A DNA stretch of 64,000 nucleotides from Schizochytrium sp. TIO01 (Eukaryota > Protista > Bigyra: Labyrinthulomycetes), in the NCBI GenBank assembly GCA_004764695.1, contig SMSO01000031.1, positions 1,340,436 to 1,404,435 on the forward strand, in the 5' to 3' direction. Position numbers and translations under genes: made by a program. This document shows, piece by piece, positions 36,301-50,350 of the stretch (position 1 is the stretch's first letter; each line of letters starts with the position of its first letter). The notes under the pieces are model-generated. The model saw only the letters and a program-made list of their open reading frames with translations. It searched no databases and had not been told where the DNA came from.

Positions 36301-39300
36301 CATTGTTGTATGAAACTGTATTTATTGTGATAAAACTGTTTTCGAATTTACAATTTAAAAAATTGGCGCGTTATCAATCATCCTGAAGGCCAAGTTGAAT
36401 ACTTGGTAATTCTAATTACTCAATAGTACTATATAGGGTTGAATTAATTGATGTTTGGGAAGGAGACGCAGCATATAATAAACATTATATGCAATAGCTT
36501 GAAAAAATGCTTCAAGCTTAAAGCTAAAGTCAAAGGCTCAGTCAGCTACAAAACAGGAGCTGCTACGAAAGCTTGTTCTTTTCGGGTGTTTCTTCTCAAC
36601 TACATGCAATATTCCCGGTTCAAATTTTAAATTAAAGTGGTAATGACAACGTTTCCTTCTCGAAACAATCTTGCATCTTACGAAAAAAGATCATGTATTC
36701 ATTTTTAATCTAAAAAGGGTTAGAAGAACTTTTGTTGTTCTTCTTTTTAAATAGAAAAGAAAACTTTTAAGATAAAACCTAAATTTAAACGAAGTAAATG
36801 AATAATTATGTTTAAAATAGAAACTGCGAAAATATAGCATATATTTTATTCCTCCTTTGACAAATTAAAAAAAGCATTCATATACAGACATTTTTTTAAT
36901 AAATAAAAAAAGCATGCTAGTATAGAAGGTTCGAATATTGCTACTAGGTGTGTTAAAATAAGAGGCACAAGGGAGCGTAGACACTAATCCTTCTACTTTC
37001 TGGTCTAGCCTAGAGCAAGAACCAATTTATTTAAAGAAAAAGAAAAAGAAAGTAGTGAGCAAGATAAATTAGTAGCATGTGATAGAAGGAAGGCGAGGCC
37101 TGGCGAACAAGCTCAGCTAACCCTCACTCCGCCGAATTAGGCGGTGCTAGACGGTGTCAGTTAATTATCGATAAATATTAGTATGTTAGTAGCCAGTGAC
37201 GCATTCCTTGATTCGACGACGAGGACACACGATAGCTTCAAATGAGCGAGATTTCTAAACGTTGCTATTTTTACAGTTCACACACCAGCATATATTCAAG
37301 TACTCAGACTAATTATTCGGATGGAATATGACTAATCTACTTTAATACAAGACATGTAAAACTTGAATTACCTGTAATAGTCTGGATATGTTGTAATATT
37401 TACACGAAATGTAGTGGATGTTTTGAAAACTAGTTCAGAGTCTTTAAAGTCTAGCGAGTATGCAAATTTTCAACTAGTGCTCCGTTAGCTCTGTTTCGAC
37501 TATGGAAGCCTTTCGAAAGATAATAAAGGGAGGGGCAAATTATTTAAAATGTAACATATATGTCGTGATTCTGGATGGTCCAGTTATGCAAGAGGAACAG
37601 TTTTAAACCTCTTCGTCACTCATTCTTCTTACCAACTCCAACGCTTCAGAACAAGGATGAACGACTACTCACCACAAAAAGAAAACAGATGTGAATATGC
37701 AAAATGCAGCTTCCATTGTTTCTCATTTGAAAGAAAAAAGGACTGCAATCGAAGTGCATCGCTGTTGGATGATAATTACAAGCTTCAGCTTTGCGTTCAA
37801 GATATGCACTGAAAATCAGACGATAACTTTGACAACTAGAGCCCATTAAAAATGATCAAGGGGTTCTTCCTCCTGTAGTACCCAGCTGTCAGAATGTTGA
37901 ACCTGGAATATATCACTAGCCGGGAATTACTCAAATAAAATTTAACAATTCCTTCTTCATCCTGGCGTAGAAGAAGCAGAAACGGAATTAAAACGTAAGA
38001 ATACTTACTAATTTCACTTTCAATATAATTTTTAATGTTCTAAACAGGCGTACAATTGTGGATCTCCTTCGTTACGATGCTGGTAACCGCGCATAAGAGT
38101 ATCTTTTGACTGTCAAGTAGTAGTGGTAGCAGTAGTAATAAATATTAGCCAGCAGCTACACATAATCCATGTTTTAAATGAAGGCAAACATATTGTCAAT
38201 TCATGCTACTAGTAGGCAGGCACCGAAGAAGACCGATGCTCTCGCGCAGCATCTAAGTTCGAGCTTCAAAGTTGAATAGGTGCTTATTCTGGCAGCGAAT
38301 GATCAATTATATTTAGAAGCCGTTTTTTAATAAAGTATGAGCCAAGGTATATTCCTATTATATTAGAGGCTTTGACATACGATGAGCAAATGTGAAATCT
38401 ATGCACCAATGATGGAGCTTCATGCAACAAAAATGCATGACTTGTTACACCATATAGTGCCAGAGTAGCTTGATAGATCATCTCGGGACAACGCATTGTT
38501 GTTCTCGGCTCGTCATAGCTCAAGTTGATTTTTTAAGAAGGTTCGCACCTGTGCTCCCTTGTCACAATAATCAGCAAAAGCGCCCAAGTTCTACAATTAG
38601 GCTGCGTCTGCCTTTGCTGCATCTAAATTTACACGACAGTGGTTACTTCAAAATGTGACGACAGCTTGTTTATCAAACTACTCCTAATGCACCAAACCTG
38701 AAAAGCGCTATGAATGGATGGTGTGGTAGTATGAATGAATGGTAGTCTCCAGCGTCGCTTATCCTCTCTTAACAATTATTTTGATCCGCAAGGAGCAAAA
38801 TCGTTCATCACAGGTGAATATGGCATTTTTGTGTTTGAGCAAAAAGCACAGGATGAAAACTGTTCTTTTGTAAAATAAAAACAGCAATTTTACAAAACTG
38901 GAAATTTTTGAGGCTTCTTTCTGCCATATCTAGACTCAAAATTATACACTGGTAAGATTAATTGGTTGGTGAGGGTAGGTATAGCTAAGGTCCCTTTGGT
39001 GGTTCAAGCGCTTGAGGCTAGCAGCCTGCGGGCAAGCAAGACTGGAAGTTCTACCGCCATCTCGTTAGTAGCTATGCAAACATATTTATCCTGGCATTTC
39101 TATTTTTTAAATATAATTAAATAGGGAAAAAAGTAGTTTTGAACATATGTTTCATGTCGTATACTAATAACACTCGTGGACCTATGAAATATAAAAAGTT
39201 GGAGAGGAGGCCCCTTCGCTGTCTGTTCTGGTCCGAATTCCGCATGCTTTTGTGGCACGCGACTACTAACCTTGGACGGTGAAATTGAACCGTGAAGGAC

Positions 39301-41372
39301 CGTGGAGAGTTAGTTCTCGGTGCGATAGGATCTGTCATCTGCTCAGGTCCAGCGTGAGCCATGGTCTTCTCCAGATGGCGCAACGGACGACACGAGGCCG
39401 CTGGAGCTTCATGTGTATTCTTCTTTTTCGTTCGGCCTGGAGTGTTCCCTCCTCAAAGCTTGCTCAATACCGTTGTATATGCTTCGGAGATGCGGATCGG
39501 TTTGGTCGCGATCAGCACTTGGGCATGGATCAAATCTAACTGGCTCCGCGATACACGCACTTCCTGCAGCCTACAAGGAACGCCTGGGTATCGGATCGAA
39601 GGGAAAGACACAGTATTGTACAACCAACAACGGTAACTAAGAAGTAAGCAGTTGTTTATACAATTTAAATAAAATGTTATGTTCTGTGATGGGTTTCGGT
39701 GTATGCCGTTTCTGATTTTACATTTTTTTTAAATAAAAATACCCCGCATTCTTGCGCGAGTGCGGCTTTAATAATATTGAGTCCTTCAACCATGCTGTAC
39801 CGTCCAAAGTAAGGGCATAACTTAAGCAAGCAAGCATAGGAAGCAAATAGAACGAGGCGGGCTTAGGTGCGTTGGCTATTATTATTATTTATAAGAAAAT
39901 GTACGAAAATAGGTAGTAGGTGTGGCCCGAGTTTGGCCGAAGCAGCGAGGTATACAGAATATAAAGCTCGAAGTTGATAGTTAATATAGTTAATAGTTGA
40001 TAGAGAAGAGAATTTAATTTGTTCTGTAAAATTTAATACTTGTACCTGGACATCTCTTCTAACAAATGCTGTACACCGTTTGCTTTGCACCTTTCAGAAT
40101 AGAACCGTGTTTACTTTCCCTGATTCACGTTGGGCATATATATATCAGATTTACAGGAAAACTCTCTCACACGTCAAATGCAATGGGTTAGAATCTTTTA
40201 CCTCGGATATGATTTACAGTCGAGAAGAATCAAACGATCAGGGTAGATGAAATAAGGCGGATGGCCCCCCTTCCGACTAGTTTAAAGTGGATGACCTTGT
40301 TCACCTGCCAGAGAGCAATGATTGAAGAAATATTGTACGGTTATATTAAGAAAATTTAAGTCTTAACAACAGCTCCAGCGACCTGATTTTAGAGATATTG
40401 TTAAGATGCCACACTGTGCTGACGTAGTAGACTTCTACTTCAACCAAAATTTTGAAAACAGCTGTTTAATTTTAAACTATAGGAAAGCAGTGTTCCAACC
40501 AGACAAGTACTTCCCAAACAGACGTAATGAACACACTCAGCCAGGCTTCAGAGCCTAGCAGGGTACGGAAGCGGATGAGTTATATTACCGCCAGTTTTGT
40601 TCATATGGCCGTGACAGCGTAGGAGAATTTCGGCAATTTATTATGTAGTCAGTGATGCCTATTTACAAAATTTATTTCACTCTGAAGGAAACTCCTCATG
40701 ACTTGTGAAGTTTTAAAGAATCTGCCTAATTTCTTAAATCAAAATCTAGTTTGTATGGCAATACAAAACTGGTCCTTCATCTTTAGCGCGCAATAAGTGG
40801 AAAAAAAAAAACACACAGACTTCATGAATTGCTGGCTCTGATGGTAACATGTTTACACTCCGTCATTCTCTCTGCCTATACTATGAGTTAAATTCATCTC
40901 TTTTTAAAATCAAACATATTTGCTCAGTTTTCCAAACAAAATAATATTTTTTAAAAAAAACTGGGGTATAATGTATGTTTTCTTTTTCTTTTTCTTTTTC
41001 AAGGAAAATGAATTAATCATTGTAATACATCACAAAAAGAAAGAATTTGTAAATAACGTTAGCTGTTATAATAATTAAGGTTCTCTTTATGAATGCAAAA
41101 AAGACAATGATAACGGTAGAGGGAAAACGTAGGTGAGTCCCCAGCTGTTGTATAGAAAGTGTGTGGATGTTGATCTTGTCATCATATCCGCGAAAACAAA
41201 AACAAAAACATATATTTAAAAAATAAGAAGAAAGGAGCGAGGGGGGAATTAAACGCAAATGTTCTAATTAAAATGACTTCTTAACACAAGAGAAAGAAAA
41301 CAAAAGTAAGAGGGTAACAACTTTGATAAAGAAAAAGGGAACTTTAAAAAATAAGGTGGAAAAAGGAGTGAG

Positions 41373-42291
41373 TTACTTATTATATGCACGCAAAGAATTG
41401 ACGCAAAAGCGCTTCTCTGGTGAGAGGACCACAGCAAAGCTTGGAAGTTTCCGCGCTGGTTTTCTCATGCGCTCCTCAAAATTCGCAGCGCTGACACTGC
41501 TGATGCGAATCCTGCGATCGACGCTATTCAAGAGAGAGAGCGGAGCTGAATGGGCGACCTCGACGTTGCAAACAACTGGCGTGATGAGCGAAAAAGAAGA
41601 ACCAGGTGACAAAAAGAGCGCACACGATCGATGAGAGATAGTCTGCAAAGCTGATCCGATTGATTTATCGGTGTTTGTTTGTTGTTTGTTTGTTTGTTTG
41701 ATTATTGCAAACGCCTCATCCAAACTTTGAAGATGTGTGGCTCTTCCATGCGCTCAATAAGGCATATTAGTCATAACTACTAGGTACCTAAGTTACTACC
41801 TGCCTTGTGACCGTACCTAGTGCGTGCAATCTTGCGGAAGGTTGATCGATGGGACCCTACGTACCTTTCTATCAATCGCTTTTATGACTGAGTCCATGCC
41901 AGCGAGGTCCGGAACTTTGCAAGGTTCGAGAGATAGTCCTTTTCCCACAGGTTCCATCCAAGGTAAGACTTCTTCTACTCTGTCTCGGACCACTGTTTCG
42001 ACACGGGCATTCGCAAACTGAAGAAGGTAGCAAGTAGCTTCATTGGGACTGTGCAGTTTCCAGCACTTCGTGGCCACATTTATGCTGGGCTCACCCAATT
42101 ACTTGCTTGCTTGCTTGCATTCGCTCTGCTAGAAGCACTAAGCAAGAGCTGCAACCTGAAGATCTATCTAGCTAGCCAGCTATAGCGCTTATGGCAAGCA
42201 AGAAACGTACATCAATACACTCAGCAACAACCCAGTCTTCTCTCGTGCCATAAAAGAGCAAATGCAAACAGGTACCTGCTGCTTTCACCAT
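41373..42291 (-). CDS. Cryptic three-exon gene, ~167 aa, unknown function (may continue into further exons)
   Basis: Exons are 42291-42211 (ATG...GAT|GTACGT), 42017-41865 (ccttcttcAG| ... AAG|GTACGT) and 41642-41373 (ttgcAG|...TAA). All junctions are phase 0 and give one open frame: MVKAAGTCLHLLFYGTREDWVVAECID-FANARVETVVRDRVEEVLPW...KAIDRK-TISHRSCALFLSPG...NSLRAYNK*. Confidence 0.62.
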
Positions 42292-45200
42292 GGGTGAGTT
42301 GGTGGTGGGTCTGGGTAGTTGTCGTGATATCGTGCGTAAGAAAGTTAACACTCAGGCATCCATCCACACCACCAGGCATCGTTAAGGCTGGCATGACTCC
42401 TCTCGAGGCGCGTGTGCGTCACTTATACATGCATGCATGCATGTATGGATGCATGTATGTAAGTATATATATATGCATATATGTATGACTTTGGTCCTGA
42501 GAAAAGAAGGCTGATATTGTTGATGAGTGAGTCATCTTTGGACTGCTCAATTGACCAGTTTAGGAGCTGTGACTCTTTCGGTTCCTAGAGACACAATCTA
42601 TTCCACCTGTACCTTTTCTCTACCAAACAGGCTCGGGTAATATCGGTACTAGGTACCAGTTGGTTGGTTATTTGCTGTTCGATCGAGATATGGCTGAGGA
42701 AAGAGGCCCTGGAAGGAGTGTAACCTGGGTGGAAAGACACACCTGGTCGCACCATAGCAGACAAGTAGGTACCTGAGCAGTATTGGAGCTCTTTGTAACA
42801 CGGAGAAAGCTTCGTCTAGGTTGGTTTGCCTTTTATTCCAACGAATCAGCAGGGAGTCGAAGGTTTTCAGTTAGCGATCTTTTATATATATATATATTTA
42901 TTTTATTTTATTTTAATTGTAGAAGGGGTTTTAAAACATTACTCTATTTTAGAACATAGTAATAGTATGTACTACCTAGTTCTATCTCTGAACCTTTTGA
43001 ATACCAGGTGCAGCCAAAAGCTATAAACAAACATGTTTGTTTGTCAGGCTTCACTGCTCACTCAAGTTTCGTATCTATATACTTGGGAAAGCTGAATGTT
43101 TGGTACGTAAATTTTGGAAAAGATCAGTTTAAGTGGAATTATTCTCGCAACGAAAAGAGTGCAAGAAGAAGGAGTTTGTTGGTATGAATCAGACAGTTAG
43201 TACCTTCTTTTTTCTTTTTCTTGTTTCATCTCTACAACTACTAGTAGCCGAAAAGAAAAGAAGAAAAGAAAAAGACTGAAACTGTTGGCTTCTTCAACAT
43301 CTTATCACGGATGCTTACATCTTTCTTTCCTTGAAGCACCTTCATCACCCAACCCTATTGTAATAAGGCCTTCTGCTTTGCACATACAGTTTTACGGGGC
43401 CCGCGCCTACCTTGAAACCAGAAGTCCATAATAGTGTAGAAAAGTGGCAAAATAGCAAAATCGACGGTCCCAAGATTATCTATCCCCTTTCAAGTTGAGG
43501 AACACTTCTTCCCATCTTAAACAAAGGTAAGATTTCATTTTTAGGTACAAATACAGTGACCAAAAATTATAATATAAAAAAGTACTTCACAGCAGTGTTT
43601 TTCTTTTCTAAATTAACATAAGAACAAATTGCTTTAAAGTGATGTTCTGAAATCCCAACAACAAACATAGATAGACAATCGAAATCACTACCTCGTTTAA
43701 CAATCTCTGTCAAGGGCCGAGTAGAAATGGCTCAGGAACAAGCGCGTGAAACCTCTATCAAAAGACTCTATGAAGCACATTATAAATACCTATATATGAT
43801 GGATTTAATATGTTCTATTGAAGGCAAAGGATAGGAACAGAATTCCTCAACAGAAATTCGGGACTTCCTTGCGACATTCAGATGTTAGAAAGACTTATCA
43901 TTGGGCCTGATGCTCTACCTTTAAGACTTGGTATCACAGTTTGGTTTTAACAGTGCATCACGATGATATCAAAGCTTATGATACTTATGGTAGAGGAAAC
44001 TTCATCACTTCAAAGCAATCTTAAGGATCGCTCTTAATTTTGCTGTTCGACCTAGGTTTTAAACTCGGTGCTCTGCAAATGACTATCCAGTTATTTTTAA
44101 ACGCACGAAATTTATGTGTGTATTCTCACATTTTGCAGCTTATACTGAGTGCGCGCTGAGAGGGCGCGCTTAAGCGTTTGATATTGCCCAATGAATATAA
44201 ATAGTTACCTTATTATACATACATAATAAGTATATTTCCTCCATAAACAAATGTAGAGGAATTTCTATCAAGCTTGAGATAGTTTTGAACTTAATAGTCC
44301 TTGAATGATGCGAATAAAGCAATTCATTAAAACCCATTCTTCTTTCATCGTGTTAAAGACCAAAAGATGAATTATTAATTGTTTAGCTGAAAGTTAACCT
44401 ATTTATAAGATTTTTTTTTTAATGTTTTTAAAAGTAGAAACTAATATGCTGCCCTGATCTTTAACAGACAAAAAGATGGTTTTTACTAGGAAGACTAGTT
44501 TTAAAGCTAGAGCACTCCTTTATCACTGAAGAGTTGTGAATGTATGAAGCAGTTGATCATTCATATAAACAACTACGAAATACTTGCAAAAAGAAATTCT
44601 TCTATACTGTTTTGTTAAATAAATAACTAAATAATAAATAAAAACCATTACGATATTAAAAAAAAAAAAGTTGTAAAAATAAAATAAAAACTATTAAATG
44701 ATATTCTTATTATTCAAAAATCATAAAAAGTACATATAATCTTATAAAATTAAAAATATATTGAACACAAGGGAAACAACAAACCTCCTTTTATGGTAAA
44801 CCCAGATATGCCGACCAGTGCATTGATTGAGTAGCGTGCTTCAACCGAGAAATCACTCTCTTATGGTCATCAAGAATACAGAACGAAGGGGTTGATTGTT
44901 TCACAGGTTTAGATTAATCACCATTTCTCTTTCTTCAGAGTAGATTTGAAAAGTGACGAAGTATGAAGCACTGAGACAACCTCTCACCACTACTGATTTC
45001 CACAGAACTTGTTGAAGCGCAGGCCTCTGCTCTGTATCGTGATAATCAGATTGGTTCTACATATTCGAAAATGCTCACTGCTGGTAGCTTACTGGTCCGT
45101 CTCACAGTTCACTCGCAAATTAAAAAACCTTACTGTACGAACGTGACTTGTAATGCAAAGCACTGGTTTCTTGTAGTATTCCTTTTTCCTAAAGTCCGTT

Positions 45201-48200
45201 TTATTTCAAATATTTAGATTTTATAATAGGATTTGTGAAAGAGTCATTTACCAATTCTTCTGCATTTTTTAAATTCTTATTTCCCGATATACCTTTAAAA
45301 AGTTGTGGGGAATACTAAACACTGTAGAAAATGTTATAACTAAATTATTATCCCGCCCGATATGTGTTTTGAGTAACATAAGTAAATAAAGATAAACAAC
45401 TTACTTAATTAATAAATATATTAAAAATAATTATATTTATTAAATTTAGCCCATAAAAGAATATAATTATCCACATGACTTCTTTGTCTCCATCTGTAAT
45501 GATTGTTTCCTGCTTTGACTACGTTCATGTGTGATCAAGAGATTTTATTACCGAGAAAATTCGTTACCACCTAAGACAATAAGCATTGGCGTCGACTGCT
45601 CATTGCAACGGTGCCAAGTACTAAGGGAACGTCATTTCAAGTTTTTTTGTTAATCATTAAATAAATAAGAGCTACAATCATTTTTACAGGAATTGTTCGG
45701 AAAAGGTGATGCTATCCTATCTTTTGGAGAGCTAGCTATATGCGGTTACGCTTCTGCAACAACTTATGAGTACCTTGTGCAGGTTGAAAGTATTTGAATA
45801 ATTATCTATATTATAAAGGCTATCGTAGACAACATGACGCTTTATAAATTGCAAGTTTATAACTTTCGCGATGAAAAGCATGAAAGATACGAAATGGATG
45901 GATGCTCCGGAGAAATGAGTCCTACCATACTCTTCTCCACCACAAATTTACTGTATTTGTATAGCATACTACCCATACCCAAATGCTAGTGGTGCGAAAA
46001 CTCCCTGAACAAGAAAAAAGTACTCTTGAAAATCATCTTCAAAACTTACTTTGAAGTCCTCTTTCCTTCTAAGATTTAATGAAGTCGAATATAATATTGC
46101 AAATCGTAAGGTTCTTGTCGCGTGCCTCGTTCTGTCGACTTAGCAACGGCCTTCACTTTCTTCCACTCAGCCTCATGGTGACTGGTGGGTTTCTTCTGCG
46201 TTTGCACCCTCCAGTCCTAAGTGTGTTATTCTCCAAGTCAAACACTTCACTTCATGTTTAAATCAGAAAAAGGTTCTCACTTTATAAAATACATTCCTCC
46301 TTTTCAGGGCATATTGATATATTTGCAATCACCGAAATTGATTTTAGTTAGCAATTATTTAAGGGCTGTTAAAAGGTTTCATCCAAGGTTAATTTATTTG
46401 TTGATTTGAAATTATTAATTTAAAAAATAGTTAAATTTGAAAGAACTGGCCTTTAACTAGCGGGGGTGAGTGAACGATATAGGTTTAAATACTCTTTACA
46501 CATAATCTTTAGATTTATTTTTAAAATATGTAATCATTACTGTATGAAGAAGTCATTATATCCCAAGCACTTTCACTTCGCTCATACCTGGTAACGAGAT
46601 TATACAGGTTAAATCTATCGAGAATGATAGTATATCTAAGTAGATAACAATACCTTCGTAAATATATGAACACATGGATTCGAACATAAACAAGATCACG
46701 CCTCCCCTTATTTCGGTTGTTCTTTCGCGTGAGTTAAATCAGAAGGGTCAAGAAAGGACCTTGAGAAAGGCGAAATAGAAAAACAGTGGAGGATTTATTT
46801 TCATTTAATCATATGTAAACAAATGCAGTACGCGTACCATACTTTTCACTCGAAGCTTCTTGCCCAAATGTGCGACTAACGTGTATTTATTCCACTCAAG
46901 TGTCCAAACGGCCTTATACATCATTGCCACTTACGGCTTCTTCTTGCTTTATTTCCTTCATTTGCAAGCCACTTATTAGACACATTATTTATTTTCCAGC
47001 CTTGCTTGAAGCAACATGAACAATCACTGATTCCTTTAGAGCTTTACAAAACGTTTCGTCGAGAGTATCTCAAGAGACACGAGTTCATAGAAAATTCTAC
47101 ATAGAGAAGCAATCACCAAACTCGCCCCTTGAACAAGTGATACATTTTGAATAATTGACTTATGATTTATTTACTAGGGTGATAAGAAAGGCGTTTTGTT
47201 GCCGATAATGATTGAATGAAGTTGTTCAACACAGAATAGATCTATTCAAGGGGCGCATTTTCCTGAAATCAGTGAATTGGTGGAGACTAGTTCTAAATGA
47301 TATTTGCTTGTTTACTTACCCTTTAAAATTAAGTTTGAACTACCCTCCCACACCAACATTATCAAGAATTGTTCATTTCCTCAATGGAACATCAAAAGAG
47401 ATCTCATATGTTCTATTTATATTTTCAAATAGATACTTCATCAGAGGCCACCACTGCTGAATAATTACCAAGTTTAACAGGATACATTATTCTGTAGTCT
47501 AAATCCATATTTGAAGTGATTTTTAATAAAATGGTACTAGATTTAAACATGTTTAATGAAGAGTTGCTCTGCTTTCCCAAATTAGGCGAGGTAAAGTAAA
47601 CTATAACGCAGAGTAGCATACTAGATAGAAAGGGTATATATATTCCCCCTCAAGTATGCATTTATAATCTGCTGTAGTAGTCTTTGCACCTCTAGTAATG
47701 CTTTGTTCGGGGCTTTAGAAGTATAACAATCTCTTTCTTTCTACGATTGCAAATGCATATTCATTCATTCTGGAGCTCTTCAAATTTAACTTTTAAGCTT
47801 CAAATTTGTCAAAAAGGTGTCAATGCGTATGATGCATTGTCTGCAAATGTAGATCCTCTTTACTCAAAAATACAAAGCATCTTGAATAATATCTTCAACT
47901 ACATGTTTTATGCGGAACATGGGGAACTTTTTAAAGTTCTATCGGCTCGTCACAGAAACTAATATGCCTCGTCACAACTCTTTTACGTCGAAACTAATGG
48001 AAATAAATGTTTCAGTGACAGTTTAAAAATTAAATAAAAATTAAGTTAGTTGGCTGATGATGGTGCTTCTAGAATCATCTTCAATTCATTTACATGTTAT
48101 TAATTGTTGAACGGGGAGGGGAGTGTTATCTGTTGTGACGTGGCGGCCGCCATTGGAAATGGCTTCCAACTTAGATGTTTGTCGACGTGATAGTGTCGAG

Positions 48201-48899
48201 ATTGAGGAAGGCAGTGGTGAGCTGCAGCGTAAAGGGACCGTTTGGCACATTCTGAGGTTTTTCTTTTGGTTTCTTTGTGCAAACGCAGAAACGAGCGGAA
48301 CTGCAGTATCCCCCAAACGTTTGCTGCGAAATTGGTAAGCGTCTATGCTCACATTGAAGACTAGTTTCTATAATACTTCCTATGCAAGACAAGCAGGAGT
48401 GCTAGGTTCGTTTATGTTCTCCAGTTAATTGGAAGTAGAGGGACTATAAAACCTTTTTTTTTTTCAACAGAAATATAACAATGTATTTTACACCTTGGGT
48501 TAAAAAAGAAAATCAGAAACGGTTCTTAGTTCTTAGTCTGTTTTCTTTTTCTTTTTTAAATTCTACGTGGATGATGAATGTTTTTTTAATGTAATCTCAA
48601 GTTTCATTTTCAAACGTTTCAATGAAAGGGTTCTCGAGGCCAACAAAGTTCACTCTTCTCGTAACTAAAATAATGAGCATATTACCATGAATTGATAAAA
48701 ACAACCCAAATCGTCCAAACTCAATTAGACCTTTCTTCCCGAATACAGCACCTATATAGGTATTTGCGAGGTGCCTGGAGACGTCGGAAGGTAGTTTGAA
48801 GTGATCCGAGTTGAACCGCTGAAGGCTTCTTTTTGGACAGCATGAGGGTGTCTCTTCGAATGTGAAAAGACCATTCGTGAATCTACCAGTATTGGGACC

Positions 48900-49400
48900 G
48901 GGCTAAGAGAAGCAGAGAAGAACTAGGAGCAGAGCTATTAAGTGCAAGTGCGGACGCAAAGAAGAGATAATGGAGCTCCGCGATTGGACCAGATCGTGTT
49001 CCCGGAGGACCTGACTCGAAGGAAAGAAAGCAACAAGAAGCAGTAAATAGCAATATGATGTATGGGACCGTTTGGACACTTGAGTGGAATAAGTACTAGT
49101 CAGTCGCACATTTGGGCAAGAAGCTTCGAGTGAAAAGTGGTACGCATACTGCATTTGTTTATATAAAGACCAAATGAAAAGAATTCCGCAACTGTGAATA
49201 ATACAACACCAGGATAATGCGAAAGCCAGAAGGTGCGTTGAGTTCTTGATATTGTTACTGATAGTAGTCAAGTTGGCAGAACTGGGGCACCTGGGTCCCC
49301 AGTAAGGTCTGCCAATAGAGAAAAGCCAGCCTGTTTGGGTTGCTATAGCAAAGGTCCTCAAAGGTTCGAAGCAACTTTTGTTCCTGCTCATGGAGAACTA
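48900..49400 (+). mobile_element. Tc1/mariner (DD34E) transposase relic
   Basis: IIQHQDNA (D at 49213) is followed in the same frame by GPQ*GLPIEK..W (E at 49318), with exactly 34 codons between D and E. Upstream, IVFPED, MMYGTV and SGTHTAFVYI resemble the Tc1 first-D, VMVWG and 'G.M...Y' blocks. Confidence 0.62.
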
Positions 49401-49769
49401 CCTAACCTATATACCGTTGGCCCTGGAAAGGAGGAGTACACCTCAAGAACGCACGTCCTCTCTCATCGCTCATGCTCCGTGAGCCTTGAGATTTGTTTGT
49501 GTGAGGCAGATAATCTCTCAGGAGAGTCAGAGAAGGTTATGATCCCTTTCTTTTCTTGTTTTTTTTTTTTTTTTTTTTTTTTTAAATATGAAACGAATAA
49601 TTAATTCTTCCGACTTAATGTAGTGAGTGATATAGGTAACGTCAGTGGCCCTCGTAGCATATGCACCCATTCTTCGAGATTTCGATTAGTTAGTTACGCA
49701 TTTCATCAAACTTAAACAATCTTGAGTACGATATCAAAGTAATTATATACTCTATCCAATGCCAAGTTC

Positions 49770-50350
49770 TTATTGCACATAACACACATTTCACGAACCC
49801 CAGGTGACTCTCCAGCGAAGCTAAATCATAAAGGTCCTTACTGGATCATGAATGGAAAGTCTAATGGTGCTGACAGGTACGATATTGTTCCCCCATCACT
49901 TCTGTAGTTAGTGGAAGGTTCATAATACTTTGTTCTATCCAAAACTAAACATTTACAGATACTCCTAATTATCAAAAGTTGATTTCTTTTGAAGTTCAAA
50001 CTCAAACGACCGGAATGTTCGTTATTTAGTATATACCATCTCGCAATATATAAACACATTTATAGACTGCTGTTCTACCTCTTAGGACAGCTTGTCTACA
50101 TATCATATAAAATCAAAAGATCACTTCATTCGAACAGGCCCAAGCTATCATACCCTCAAGACTGGAGTACCTCTTCAAACTCTTGAAATTCTCTCGTTAT
50201 ACTTCTCCTCGCTTTCTACTTCACACGTTAGTGCATCTCTTGAAAAAAAAACCAAAAAACTTATGCACCTGACCAAGAGTATTCGCTTTTTCAGTGTCAA
50301 AGCTCTCAAAACCAGAGTACTGTGTTCTTTGACTTCGCGAATTTACTATC
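49770..50350 (-). mobile_element. Possible IS630/Tc1-like transposase relic
   Basis: Fragments TLGQVHKFFGFFFKR, CLVLDRTKYY, TISYL and YDLASLESHLGFVK occur in the expected order. The D-E spacing (~42 codons, with a frameshift) is atypical. Confidence 0.3.

Noticed and set aside
47123-47255. 11-bp inverted repeat cgccccttgaa/ttcaaggggcg
   Set aside because: It is short, has no TSD and has no second copy in the window, so it is compatible with chance.
48903-49391. 162-aa minus-strand ORF
   Set aside because: It is the antisense shadow of the Tc1 relic.
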